Shown here piece by piece: positions 43,501-55,100 of a stretch of DNA of 64,000 nucleotides. The notes beneath the pieces are model-generated. The model was not told where the DNA came from. It worked only from the letters and a program-made list of their open reading frames with translations, and did not search any database. How positions within the stretch are numbered: position 1 is the stretch's first letter; each line of letters opens with the position of its first letter. The stretch is from contig NC_043025.1 in assembly GCF_006345805.1 (NCBI RefSeq), positions 16,926,001 through 16,990,000 of the forward strand, read 5' to 3'. The DNA is from Octopus sinensis (lineage: Eukaryota). A program made the translations under genes and the position numbers.

Positions 43501-45176
43501 TTATCACTCATATAGCTTATATTTACCTAACAGACAACAAATTTTTTTTTTTTTTCAAGTACACATTTGAAATATTTTGACATTTTCTAACCTGAAAACC
43601 TTTGAGAATTTAGTGATCTCTTGGATAAATATAAGCTTATAATCACTCATATAGCTTATATTTACCTAACAGATCACAAAATTTGTTTTTGTTTCTCAAG
43701 TACACATTTGAAATATTTTGACAATATCTAACCTGAAAACGTTTGAGAATTTATTGATCTCTTGGATAAATATAAGCTTATTATCACTCATATAGCTTAT
43801 ATTTACCTAACAGTTCACAAAATTTCTTTTTGTTTTTCAAGCACACATTTGTAATATTTTGAGTTTTTCTAACCTGAAATCTTTTGAGAATTTAGTGATC
43901 TCTCGGATAAATATAAGCTTATTATCACTCCTATAGCTTATATTTACCTAAAAGATCAAAAATTTCTTTTTGTTTTTCAAGTACACATTTGAAATATTTT
44001 GACAATTTCTAACCTGAAAACTTTTGAGAATTTAGTGATCTCTTGAATAAATATAAGCTTATTATCACTCATATAGCTTATATTTACCTAACAGATCACA
44101 AAATTTTTTTTTGTTTTTCAAGTACACATTTGAAATATTTTGACATTTTATAACCTGAAAACTTTTGAGAATTTAGTGATCTCTTGGATAAATATTAGCT
44201 TATTATCACTCATATAGCTTATATTTACCTAACAGATCACAATTTTTTTTTTTGTTTTTCAAGTACACATTTGAAATATTTTGACAATTTCTAACCTGAA
44301 AACTTTTGAGAATTTAGTGATCTCTTGAATAAATATAAGCTTATTATCACTCATATAGCTTATATTTACCTAACAGACAACAATTTTTTTTTTTTTTCAA
44401 GTACACATTGAAATATTTTGACATTTTCTAACCTGAAAACTTTTGAGAATTTAGTGATCTCTGGATAAATATAAGCTTATTATCACTCATATAGCTATAT
44501 TTACCTAACAGACAACAATTTTTTTTTGTTTTTCAAGTACACATTTGAAATATTTTGACATTTTCTAACCTGAAAAATTTGAGAATTAGTGATCTCTTGG
44601 ATAAATATAAGCTTATTATCACTCATATAGCTTATATTTACCTAACAGATCACAAAATTTTTTTGTTTTTCAAGTACACATTTGAAATATTTTGAGATTT
44701 TCTAACCTGAAAACTTTTGAGAATTTAGTGATCTCTTGGATAAATATTAGCTTATTATCACTCATATAGCTTATATTTACCTATCAGATCACAATTTTCT
44801 TTTTTTTTTTTCAAGTAAACATTTGAAATATTTTGACATTTTCTAACCTGAAAACGTTTGAGAATTTAGTGATCTCTTGGATAAATGTAAGCTTATAATC
44901 ACTCATATAGCTTATATTTACCTAACAGATCACAAAATTTCTTTTTGTTTTTCAAGTACACATTTGTAATATTTTGAGTTTTTCTAACCTGAAATCTTTT
45001 GAGAATTTAGTGATCTCTTGGATAAATATAAGCTTATTATCACTCATATAGCTTATATTTAGCTAACAGACAACATTTTTTTTTTTGTTTTTCAAGAACA
45101 CATTTGAAATATTTTAACATTTTCTAACCTGAAAAAATCTTTTTTTGTTTTTCAAGTATACATATGAAATATTTCT

Positions 45177-45864
45177 AATGTCAAAATATTTCAAATGTGT
45201 ACTTGAAAAACAAAAAAAAATTTTGTGATCTGTTATATAAATAAAAGTTAACTGAGTGATAATAAGCTTATATTTACCCAAGAGATCACTAAATTCTCAA
45301 AAGTTTTCAGGTTAGAAAATGTGAAAATATTTCAAATGAGTACTTGAAAAACAAAAAAAATATTTGTTGACTGTTACTTAAATATAAGCTATATGAGTGA
45401 TAATAAGCTAATATTTATCCAAGAGATCACTAAATTCTCAAAAGTTTTCAGGTTAGAAATTGTCAAAATATTTCAAATGTGTACTTGAAAAACAAAAAAA
45501 AATTGTGTGATCTATTAGGTAAATATAAGCTATATGAGTGATAATAAGCTTATATTTATCCAAGAGATCACTGAATTCTCAAAAGTTTTCAGGTTAGAAT
45601 TTGTCAAAATATTTCAAATGTGTACTTGAAAAACAAAAAAATATTTTGTGATCTGTTAGGTAAATATAAGCTATATGATTGATAATAAGCTTATATTTAT
45701 CCAAGAGATCACTAAATTCTCAAAAGTTTTCAGGTTAGAAACCGTCAAAATATTTCAAATGTGTACTTGAAAAGAAAAAAATTTTTGTGATCTGTTAGGT
45801 AATTATAAGCTATATGAGAGATAATAAGCTTATATTTATCCAAGAGATCACTAAATTCTCAAAA
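45177..45864 (-). repeat. Inverted satellite block 2 (~0.69 kb, ~5 monomers)
   Basis: Forward sequence ends gaaatattt (45174), followed by ct, then reverse aatgtcaaaatatttcaaatgtgtacttg. The reverse run ends ctcaaaa (45864) and forward aacctgaaaac resumes. Confidence 0.97.
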
Positions 45865-48800
45865 CCTGAAAACTTTTGAGAATATAGTGATCTCTTGTGT
45901 AAATATAAGCTTATTATCACTCAGCTAACTAATGTTTATCTAACAGAGAACAAAATTTTTTTTTGTTTTTTAAGTACACTTTTGAAATATTTTGACATTT
46001 TCTAACCTGAAAACGTTTGAGAATTTAGTGATCTCTTGGATAAATATAAGCTTATTATCACTCATATAGCTTATATCTACCTAACAGATCACAAAATTTT
46101 TCTTTGTTTTTCAAGTACATATTTGTAATATTTTGTGTTTTTCTAACCTGAAAACTTTTGAGAATTTAGTGATCTCTTGGATAAATATAAGCTTATTATC
46201 ACTCATATAGCTTATATTCACAGACCACAAAATTTTTTTTTTTTTTCAAGTACCATTTTGAAATATTTTGACAATTTCTAACTGAAAACTTTTGAGAATT
46301 TAGTGATCTCTTGGATAATATAAGCTTATTATCAGTCATATAGCTTATATTTACTAACAGATCGCAAAATTATTTTCTTTTTCAAGTACACATTTGAAAT
46401 ATTTTTGATATTTTCTAACCTGAAAAACTTTTGAGAATTAGTGATCTCTTGGATAAATATTAGCTTATTATCACTCATATAGCTTATATTTACCTAACAG
46501 ATCACAAATTTTTTTTTTGTTTTTCAAGTACACATTTGAAATATTTTGACATTTTCTAACCTGAAAACTTTTGAGAATATAGTGTTCTCTTGGATAAGTA
46601 TTAGCTTATTATCACTCATATAGCTTATATTTACCTAACAGACAACAATTTTTTTTTTTTTTTTTGAAGTACACATTTGAAATATTTTGACAATTTCTAA
46701 CCTGAAAACTTTTGAGAATTTAGTGATCTCTTGGATAAATATTAGCTTTTTATCACTCATATAGCTAATATTTACCTAAGAGATCACAAAATTTTTTTTT
46801 GTTTTTTAAGTACACTTTTGAAATATTTTGACATTTTCTAAGCTGAAAACGTTTGAGAATTTAGTGATATCTTGGATAAATATAAGCTAATAATCACTCA
46901 TATAGATTATATCTACCCAATAGATCACAAATTTTTTTTTTGTTTTTCAAGTACACATTTGAAATATTTTGACATTTTCTAACCTGAAAACTTTTGAGAA
47001 TTTAGTGATCTCTTGGATAAATATAAGCTTATTATCACTCATATAGCTAATATTTACCTAACTGATCACAAATTATTATTTTGGTTTTCAAGTACACATT
47101 TGAAATATTTTTACAAATTCTAACCTGAAAACTTTTGAGAATTTAGTGATCTCTTGGATAAATATAAGATTCTTATCACTCAGGTAACTTATATTTATCT
47201 GACAGATCACAAAATTTTTTTTTGTTTTTCAAGTACACATTCGAAATATTTTGACATTTTCTAACCTGAAAAATTTTGAGAATTTAGAGATCTCTTGAAT
47301 AAATATAAGCATATTATCACACATATAGCTTATATTTACCTAATAGATCACAAAATTTTTTTTTGTTTTTCAAGTACACATATGAAATATTTTGACATTT
47401 TCTAACCTGAAAACTTTTGAGAATATAGTGATCTCTTGGATAAGTATTAGCTTATTATCACTCATATAGCTTATATTTACCTAACAGACAACAAATTTTT
47501 TTTTTTTTTTTCAAGTACACATTGATGATATTTTGACATTTTTAACCTGAAAACTTTTGAGAATTAAGTGATCTCTCGGATAAATATAAGCTTATTCTCA
47601 CTCATATAGCTTTATATTTCCTAAAAAAATCACAAAATTTTTTTTGTTTTTCAAGTACACATTGAATTATTTTGACATTTTCTAACCTGAAAACTTTTGA
47701 GAATTGAGTGATCTCTTGGATAAATATTAGCTTATTATCACTCATATAGCTTATATTTACCTAACAGACAACAAATTTTTTTTTTTTCTCAAGTACACAT
47801 TTGAAATATTTTGACATTTTCTAACCTGAAAACTTTTGAGAATTTAGTGATCTCTCGGATAAATATAAGCTTATTATCACTCCTATAGCTTATATATACC
47901 TAAAAGAACAGAATTTTTTTTTTTTTTTTTCAAGTAAACATTTGAAATATTTTGACATTTTCTAACCTGAAAACCTTTGAGAATTTAGTGATCTCTTGGA
48001 TAAATATAAGCTTTTAATCACTCATATAGCTTATATTTACCTAACAGATCACAAAATTTGTTTTTTGTTTTCAAGTACACATTTGAAATATATTGACATT
48101 TTTCTAACTGAAAACTTTTGTGAGAATTTAGTGATCTCTCGGATAAATATAAGCTTATTATCACTCATATAGCTTATATTTACCTAAAAGATCAAAAATT
48201 TTTTTTTGTTTTACACATTTGAAATATTTTGACATTTTCTAACCTGAAAACTTTTGAGAATTTAGTGATCTCTTGGATAAATATAAGCTTATTATCACTC
48301 ATATAGCTTATATTTACCTAACAGATCACAAATTTCTTTTTTGTTTTTCAAGTACTTATTTGAAATATTTTCACATTTTCTAACCTGAAAACTTTTGAGA
48401 ATTTAGTGATCTCTTGGGTAAAAATAAGCTTATTATAACTCAGTTAACTTATGTTTATCTAACAGATCACAAAATCTTTTTTTGTTTTTCAAGTACACAT
48501 TTGAAATATTTTGACATTTTCTAACCTGAAAACTTTTGAGAATTTAGTGATCTCTTGGATAAATATAAGCTTATTATCACTCATATAGCTTATATTTACC
48601 TAACAGATCACAAAATATTTTTTTGTTTTTCAAGTACACATTTGAAATACTTTGACATTTCTAACCTGAAAACTTTTAAGAATTTAGTGATCTCTTGGAT
48701 AAATAAGAGCTTATTATCTCATCATATAGCTTATATTTACCTAACAGATCACAAAATATTTTTTTGGTTTTCAGTACACATTTGAAATATTTTGACAAAT

Positions 48801-50243
48801 TCTAACCAGAAACTTTAGAGAAGTAGTGATCTCTTGGATAAATATAAGCTTATTATCACTCATATAGTTATATTTACCTAACAGATCACAATATTTTTTT
48901 TTGTTTTTCAAGTACACATTTGAAATATTTTGACATTTTATAACCTGAAAACTTTTGAGAATTTAGTGATCTCTTGGATAAATATTAGCTTATTATCACT
49001 CATATAGCTTATATTTACCTAACAGATCACAATTTTTTTTTTTTTGTTTTTCAAGTACACATTTGAATATTTTGACAATTTCTAACTGAAAACTTTTGAG
49101 ATTTAGTGATCTCTTGAATAAATATAAGCTTATTATCACTCATATAGCTTATATTTACCTAACAGACAACAAATTTTTGTTTTTTTTTCAAGTACACATT
49201 TGAAATATTTTGACATTTTCTAACCTGAAAACTTTTGAGAATTTAGTGATCTCTTGGATAAATATAAGCTTATTATCACTCATATAGCTTATATTTAGCT
49301 AACAGACAACAATTTTTTTTTTGTTTTTCAAGAACACATTTGAAATATTTTAACATTTTCTAACCTGAAAATGTTTGAGAATTTAGGGAACTCTTGTATA
49401 AATATAAGCTTATTATCACTCATAAAGCTTATATTTACCTAACAGATCACAAAATATTTTTTTGTTTTTCAAGTACACATTTGAAATATTTTGACAATTT
49501 CTAACCTGAAAACTTTTGAGAATTTAGTGATCTCTTGAATAAATATAAGCTTATTATCACTCATATAGCTTATATTTACCTAACAGATCACAAAATTTTT
49601 TTTGTTTTTCAAGTACACATTTGAAATATTTTGAGATTTTCTAACCTAAAAACTGTTGAGAATTGAGTGATCTCTTGGATAAATATTAGCTTATTATCAC
49701 ACATATAGCTTATATTTACCTAACAGACAACAAATTTTTTTTTTTTTCAAGTACACATTTGAAATATTTTGACATTTTCTAACCTGAAAACTTTTGAGAA
49801 TTTAGGAACTCTTGGATAAATATAAGCTTATTATCACTCATATAGCTTATATTTACCTATCAGATCACAATTTTCTTTTTTTTTTTCATAAACATTTGAA
49901 ATATTTTGACATTTTCTAACCTGAAAACGTTTGAGAATTAGTGATCTCTTGGATAAATGTAGCTTATAATCACTCATATAGCTTATATTTACCTAACAGA
50001 TCACAAATTTCTTTTTGTTTTTCAAGTACACATTTGTAATATTTTGATTTTTCTAACCTGAATCTTTTGAGAATTAAGTGATCTCTTGGATAATATAAGC
50101 TTATTATCACTCATATAGCTTATATTTAGCTAACAGACAACATTTTTTTTTTTGTTTTTCAAGAACACATTTGAAATATTTTAACATTTCTAACCTGAAA
50201 AATCTTTTTTTTTGTTTTTCAAGTATACATATGAGCTATTTCT

Positions 50244-50920
50244 AATGTCAAATATTTCAAATGGTACTTGAAAAACAAAAAATTTTGTGATCTGTTATAT
50301 AAATAAACGTTAAACTGAGTGCTAATAAGCTTATATTTACCCAAGAGATCACTAAATTCTCAAAAGTTTTCAGGTTAGAAAAATGTGAAAATATTTCAAT
50401 GAGTACTTGAAAAACAAAAAAAAAAATTTGTGACTTTGTTACTGTATATAAGCTATATGAGTGTAATAAGCTAATATTTATCCAAGAGATCACTAAATTC
50501 TCAAAAGTTTTCAGGTTAGAAATTGTCAAATATTTCAAATGTGTCTTGAAAAACAAAAAAAAATTGTGTGATCTATAGGTAAATATAAGCTATATGAGTG
50601 ATAATAAGCTTATATTTATCCAAGAGATCACTAAATTCTCTCAAGTTTTCAGGTTAGTCAATTTGTCCAAATATTTCAAATGTGTACTTGAAAAACAAAA
50701 AATTTTTGTGATCTGTTAGGTAAATATAAGCTATATGATTGATAATAGCTTATATTTATCCAAGAGATCACTAAATTCTCAAAAGTTTTCAGGTTAGAAA
50801 TGTCAAAATATTTCAAATTGTACTTGAAAAGAAAAAATTTTTGTGATCTGTTAGGTATTATAAGCTAATATGAGAGATAATAAAGCTATATTTATCCAAG
50901 AGATCACTAAATTTTCAAAA
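50244..50920 (-). repeat. Inverted satellite block 3, duplicate of block 2
   Basis: It has the same upstream deletion (ctgaaaaatcttt), the same aagtatacatatg..ttctaatgtca junction and the same right junction as block 2. The offset is ~5.06 kb and this copy has more indel noise. Confidence 0.93.
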
Positions 50921-52149
50921 ACTGAAAACTTTTGAGAATATAGTGATCTCTTGTGATAAATATAAGCTTATTATCACTCAGCTAACTATATTTTATCTAA
51001 CAGATCACAAAATTTTTTTTGTTTTTTAAGTACACATTTGAAATATTTTGACATTTTCTAACTGAAAACGTTTGAGAATTTAGTGATCTCTTGGATAAAT
51101 ATAAGCTTATCACTCATATAGCTTATATTTACCTAACAGATCACAAAATTTTTCTTTGTTTTTCAAGTACACATTTTGAAATATTTTGTGTTTTCTAACC
51201 TGAAAACTTTTGAGAATTTAGTGATCTCTTGGATAAATATAAGCTTATTATCACTCATATAGCTTATATTTCACAGACCACAAAATTTTTTTTTTTTTTC
51301 AAGTACACATTTGAAATATTTTGACAATTTCTAACCTGAAAACTTTTGAGAATTTAGTGATCTCTTGGATAAATATAAGCTTATTATCACTCATTAGCTT
51401 ATATTTACCTAACAGATCGCAAAATTTTTTTTCTTTTTCAAGTACACATTTGAAATATTTTGATATTTTCTAACCTGAAAACTTTTGAGAATTTAGTGAT
51501 CTCTTGGATAAATATTAGCTTATTATCACTCATATAGCTTATATTTACCTAACAGATCACAAAATTTTTTTTTGTTTTTCAAGTATACATTTGAAATATT
51601 TTGACATTTTCTAACCTGAAAACTTTTGAGAATTTAGTGATCTCTTGGATAAATTAGCTTATTATCACTCATATAGCTTATATTTACCTAACAGACCAAA
51701 TTTTTTTTTTTTTTTCAAGTACACATTTGAAATATTTTGACAATTTCTAACCTGAAAACTTTTGAGAATTTAGTGATCTCTTGGATAAATATAAGCTTTT
51801 TATCACTCATATAGCTATATTTACCTAAGAGATCACAAAATTTTTTTTGTTTTTAAGTACACATTTGAAATATTTTGACATTTTCTAACTGAAAACTTTT
51901 GAGAATTTAGTGATCTCTTGGATAAATATAAGCTATAATCACTCATATAGCTTATATTTACCTACAGATCAAAAATTTTTTTTTGTTTTTCAAGTACACA
52001 TTTGAAATATTTTGACATTTTCTAACCTGAAAACTTTTGAGAATTTAGTGATCTCTTGGATAAATATAAGCTTATTATCACTCATATAGCTTATATTTAC
52101 CTAACAGATCACAAAATTGTTTTTTGGTTTTCAAGTACACATTTGAAAT

Positions 52150-55100
52150 ATTTTGACATTTTCTAACCTGAAAACTTTTGAGAATTTAGTGATCTCTTGG
52201 ATAAATATAAGCTTATTATCACTCATATAGCTTATATTTACCTAACAGATCACAATCTTTTTTTTGTTTTTCGAGTACACATTTGAAATATTTTGACATT
52301 TTCTAACCTGAAAACTTTTGAGAATTTAGTGATCTCTTGGATAAATATAAGCTTATTATCACTCATAAGCTTATATTTACCTAACAGATGACATTTCTTT
52401 TTTGTTTTTCAAGTACACATTTGAAATATTTGACATTTTCTAACCTGAAAACTTTTGAGAATTTAGTGATCTCTTGGATAAATATAAGCTTATTATCACT
52501 CATATAGCTTATATTTACCTAACAGATCACAAAATTTTTTTTTGTTTTTCAAGTACACATTTGAAATATTTTGACATTTTCTAACCTGAAAACTTTTGAG
52601 AATTTAGTGATCTCTTGGATAAATATAAGCTTATTATCACTCATATAGCTTATATTTACCTAACAGATCACAAATTTTTTTTTTGTTTTTCAAGTACACA
52701 TTTGAAATATTTTGACATTTTCTAACCTGAAAACTTTTGAGAATTTAGTGATCTCTTGGATAAATATAAGCTTATTATCACTCATATAGCTTATATTTAC
52801 CTAACAGATCAAAAATTTTTTTTGTTTTTCAAGTACACATTTGAAATATTTTGACATTTTCTAACCTGAAAACTTTTGAGAATTTAGTGATCTCTTGGAT
52901 AAATATAAGCTTATTATCACTCATATAGCTTATATTTACCTAACAGACAACAATTTTTTTTTTGTTTTTCAAGTACACATTTGAAATATTTTGACATTTT
53001 CTAACCTGAAAACTTTTGAGAATTTAGTGATCTCTTGGATAAATATAAGCTTATTATCACTCATATAGCTTATATTTACCTAACAGATCACAAAATTTTT
53101 TTTTGTTTTTCAAGTACACATTTGAAATATTTTGACATTTTCTAACCTGAAAACTTTTGAGAATTTAGTGATCTCTTGGATAAATATAAGCTTATTATCA
53201 CTCATATAGCTTATATTTACCTAACAGATCACAAATTTCTTTTTTGTTTTTCAAGTACTCATTTGAAATATTTTCACATTTTCTAACCTGAAAACTTTTG
53301 AGAATTTAGTGATCTCTTGGGTAAATATAAGCTTATTATCACTCAGTTATCTTATATTTATCTAACAGATCACAAAATTTTTTTTTGTTTTTCAAGTACA
53401 CATTTGAAATATTTTGACATTTTATAACCTGAAAACTTTTGAGAATTTAGTGATCTCTCGGATAAATATAAGCTTATTATCACTCATATAGCTTATATTT
53501 ACCTAACAGATCACAAAATTTTTTTTTGTTTTTCAAGTACACATTTGAAATATTTTGACATTTTCTAACCTGAAAACTTTTGAGAATTTAGTGATCTCTT
53601 GGATAAATATAAGCTTATTATCACTCATATAGCTAATATTACCTCAGATCACAAAATTTTTTTTTTGTTTTTCAAGTACACATTTGAAATATTTTGACAT
53701 TTTCTAACCTGAAAACTTTTGAGAATTTAGTGATCTCTTGGATAAATATAAGCTTATTATCACTCATATAGCTTATATTTACCTAACAGATCAAAAATTT
53801 TTTTTTGTTTTTCAAGTACACATTTGAAATATTTTGACATTTTCTAACCTGAAAACTTTTGAGAATTTAGTGATCTCTTGGATAAATATAAGCTTATTAT
53901 CACTCATATAGCTTATAATTACCTAACAGACAACAAATTTTTTTTTTGTTTTTCAAGTACACATTTGAAATATTTTGACATTTTCTAACCTGAAAACTTT
54001 TGAGAATTTAGTGATCTCTTGGATAAATATAAGCTTATTATCACTCATATAGCTTATATTTACCTAACAGATCACAAATTTTTTTTGTTTTTCAAGTACA
54101 CATTTGAAATATTTTGACATTTTCTAACCTGAAAACTTTTGAGAATTTAGTGATCTCTTGGATAAATAAGCTTATTATCACTCATATACTTATATTTACC
54201 TAACAGATCACAAATTTTTTTTTTGTTTTTCAAGTACACATTTGAAATATTTTGACATTTCTAACCTGAAAACTTTGAGAATTTAGTGATCTCTTGGATA
54301 ATATAAGCTTATTATCACTCATATAGCTTATATTTACCTAACAGATCACACAAAATTTTTTTGTTTTTCAAGTACACATTTGAAATATTTTGACATTTTC
54401 TAACCTGAAAACTTGAGAATTTAGTGATCTCTTGGATAAATATAAGCTTATTATCACTCATATAGCTTATATTTACCTAACAGACAACAAATTTTTTTTT
54501 TTTTTTCAAGTACACATTTGAAATATTTTGACATTTTCTAACCTGAAAACTTTTGAGAATTTAGTGATCTCTTGGATAAATAAGCTTATTATCACTCATA
54601 TAGCTTATATTTACCTAACAGATGAACACAAAATTTTTTTTGTTTTTCAAGTACACATTTGAAATATTTTGACATTTTCTACCTGAAAACTTTTGAGAAT
54701 TTAGTGATCTCTTGGGTAATATATAAGCTTATTATCACTCATTAGCTTATATTTATCTAACAGATCACAAAATTTTTTTTTGTTTTTCAAGTACACATTT
54801 GAAATATTTTGACATTTCTAACCTGAAAACTTTTGAGAATTTAGTGATCTCTTGGAAATATAAGCTTATTATCACTCATATAGCTTATATTTACTTAACA
54901 GATCACAAATTTTTTTTTGTTTTTCAAGTACACATTTGAAATATTTTGACATTTTCTAACCTGAAAACTTTTGAGAATTTAGTGATCTCTTGGATAAATA
55001 TAAGCTTATTATCACTCATAAAGCTTATATTTACCTAACAGACAACAAATTTTTTTTTTTTTCAAGTACACATTGAAATATTTTGACATTTTCTAACCTG

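Noticed and set aside
35481-50920. Inverted blocks as arms of a transposon (TIRs) or as exact mirror fold-back read artefacts
   Set aside because: No internal non-satellite sequence or target-site duplication is present. Diagnostic variants do not mirror exactly across the junctions, as a fold-back chimeric read would produce, and the block 2 junctions recur in block 3.
52980-53020. Internal ttttga sub-repeats suggesting the monomer arose from a shorter unit
   Set aside because: Three 5-6-nt matches in a 76% AT sequence are expected by chance, and no consistent sub-period is evident.
52971-53111. Assignment to a named satellite or organism, e.g. the ~142-bp tenebrionid beetle satellites
   Set aside because: Only the length is similar and I do not recognise the sequence. 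A BLAST or Dfam/Repbase search of the consensus would be needed.
52971-53111. CENP-B box or telomeric motif
   Set aside because: The CENP-B box needs CpG-containing TTCG...CGGG, which is absent from the consensus. There are no tandem TTAGG or TTAGGG runs.
52971-53111. Hairpin followed by a T-tract read as a bacterial intrinsic terminator, tRNA or structured ncRNA
   Set aside because: The stem is AT-rich, is repeated hundreds of times and has no upstream gene. There is no cloverleaf or A/B box pattern and no evidence of transcription in the sequence.
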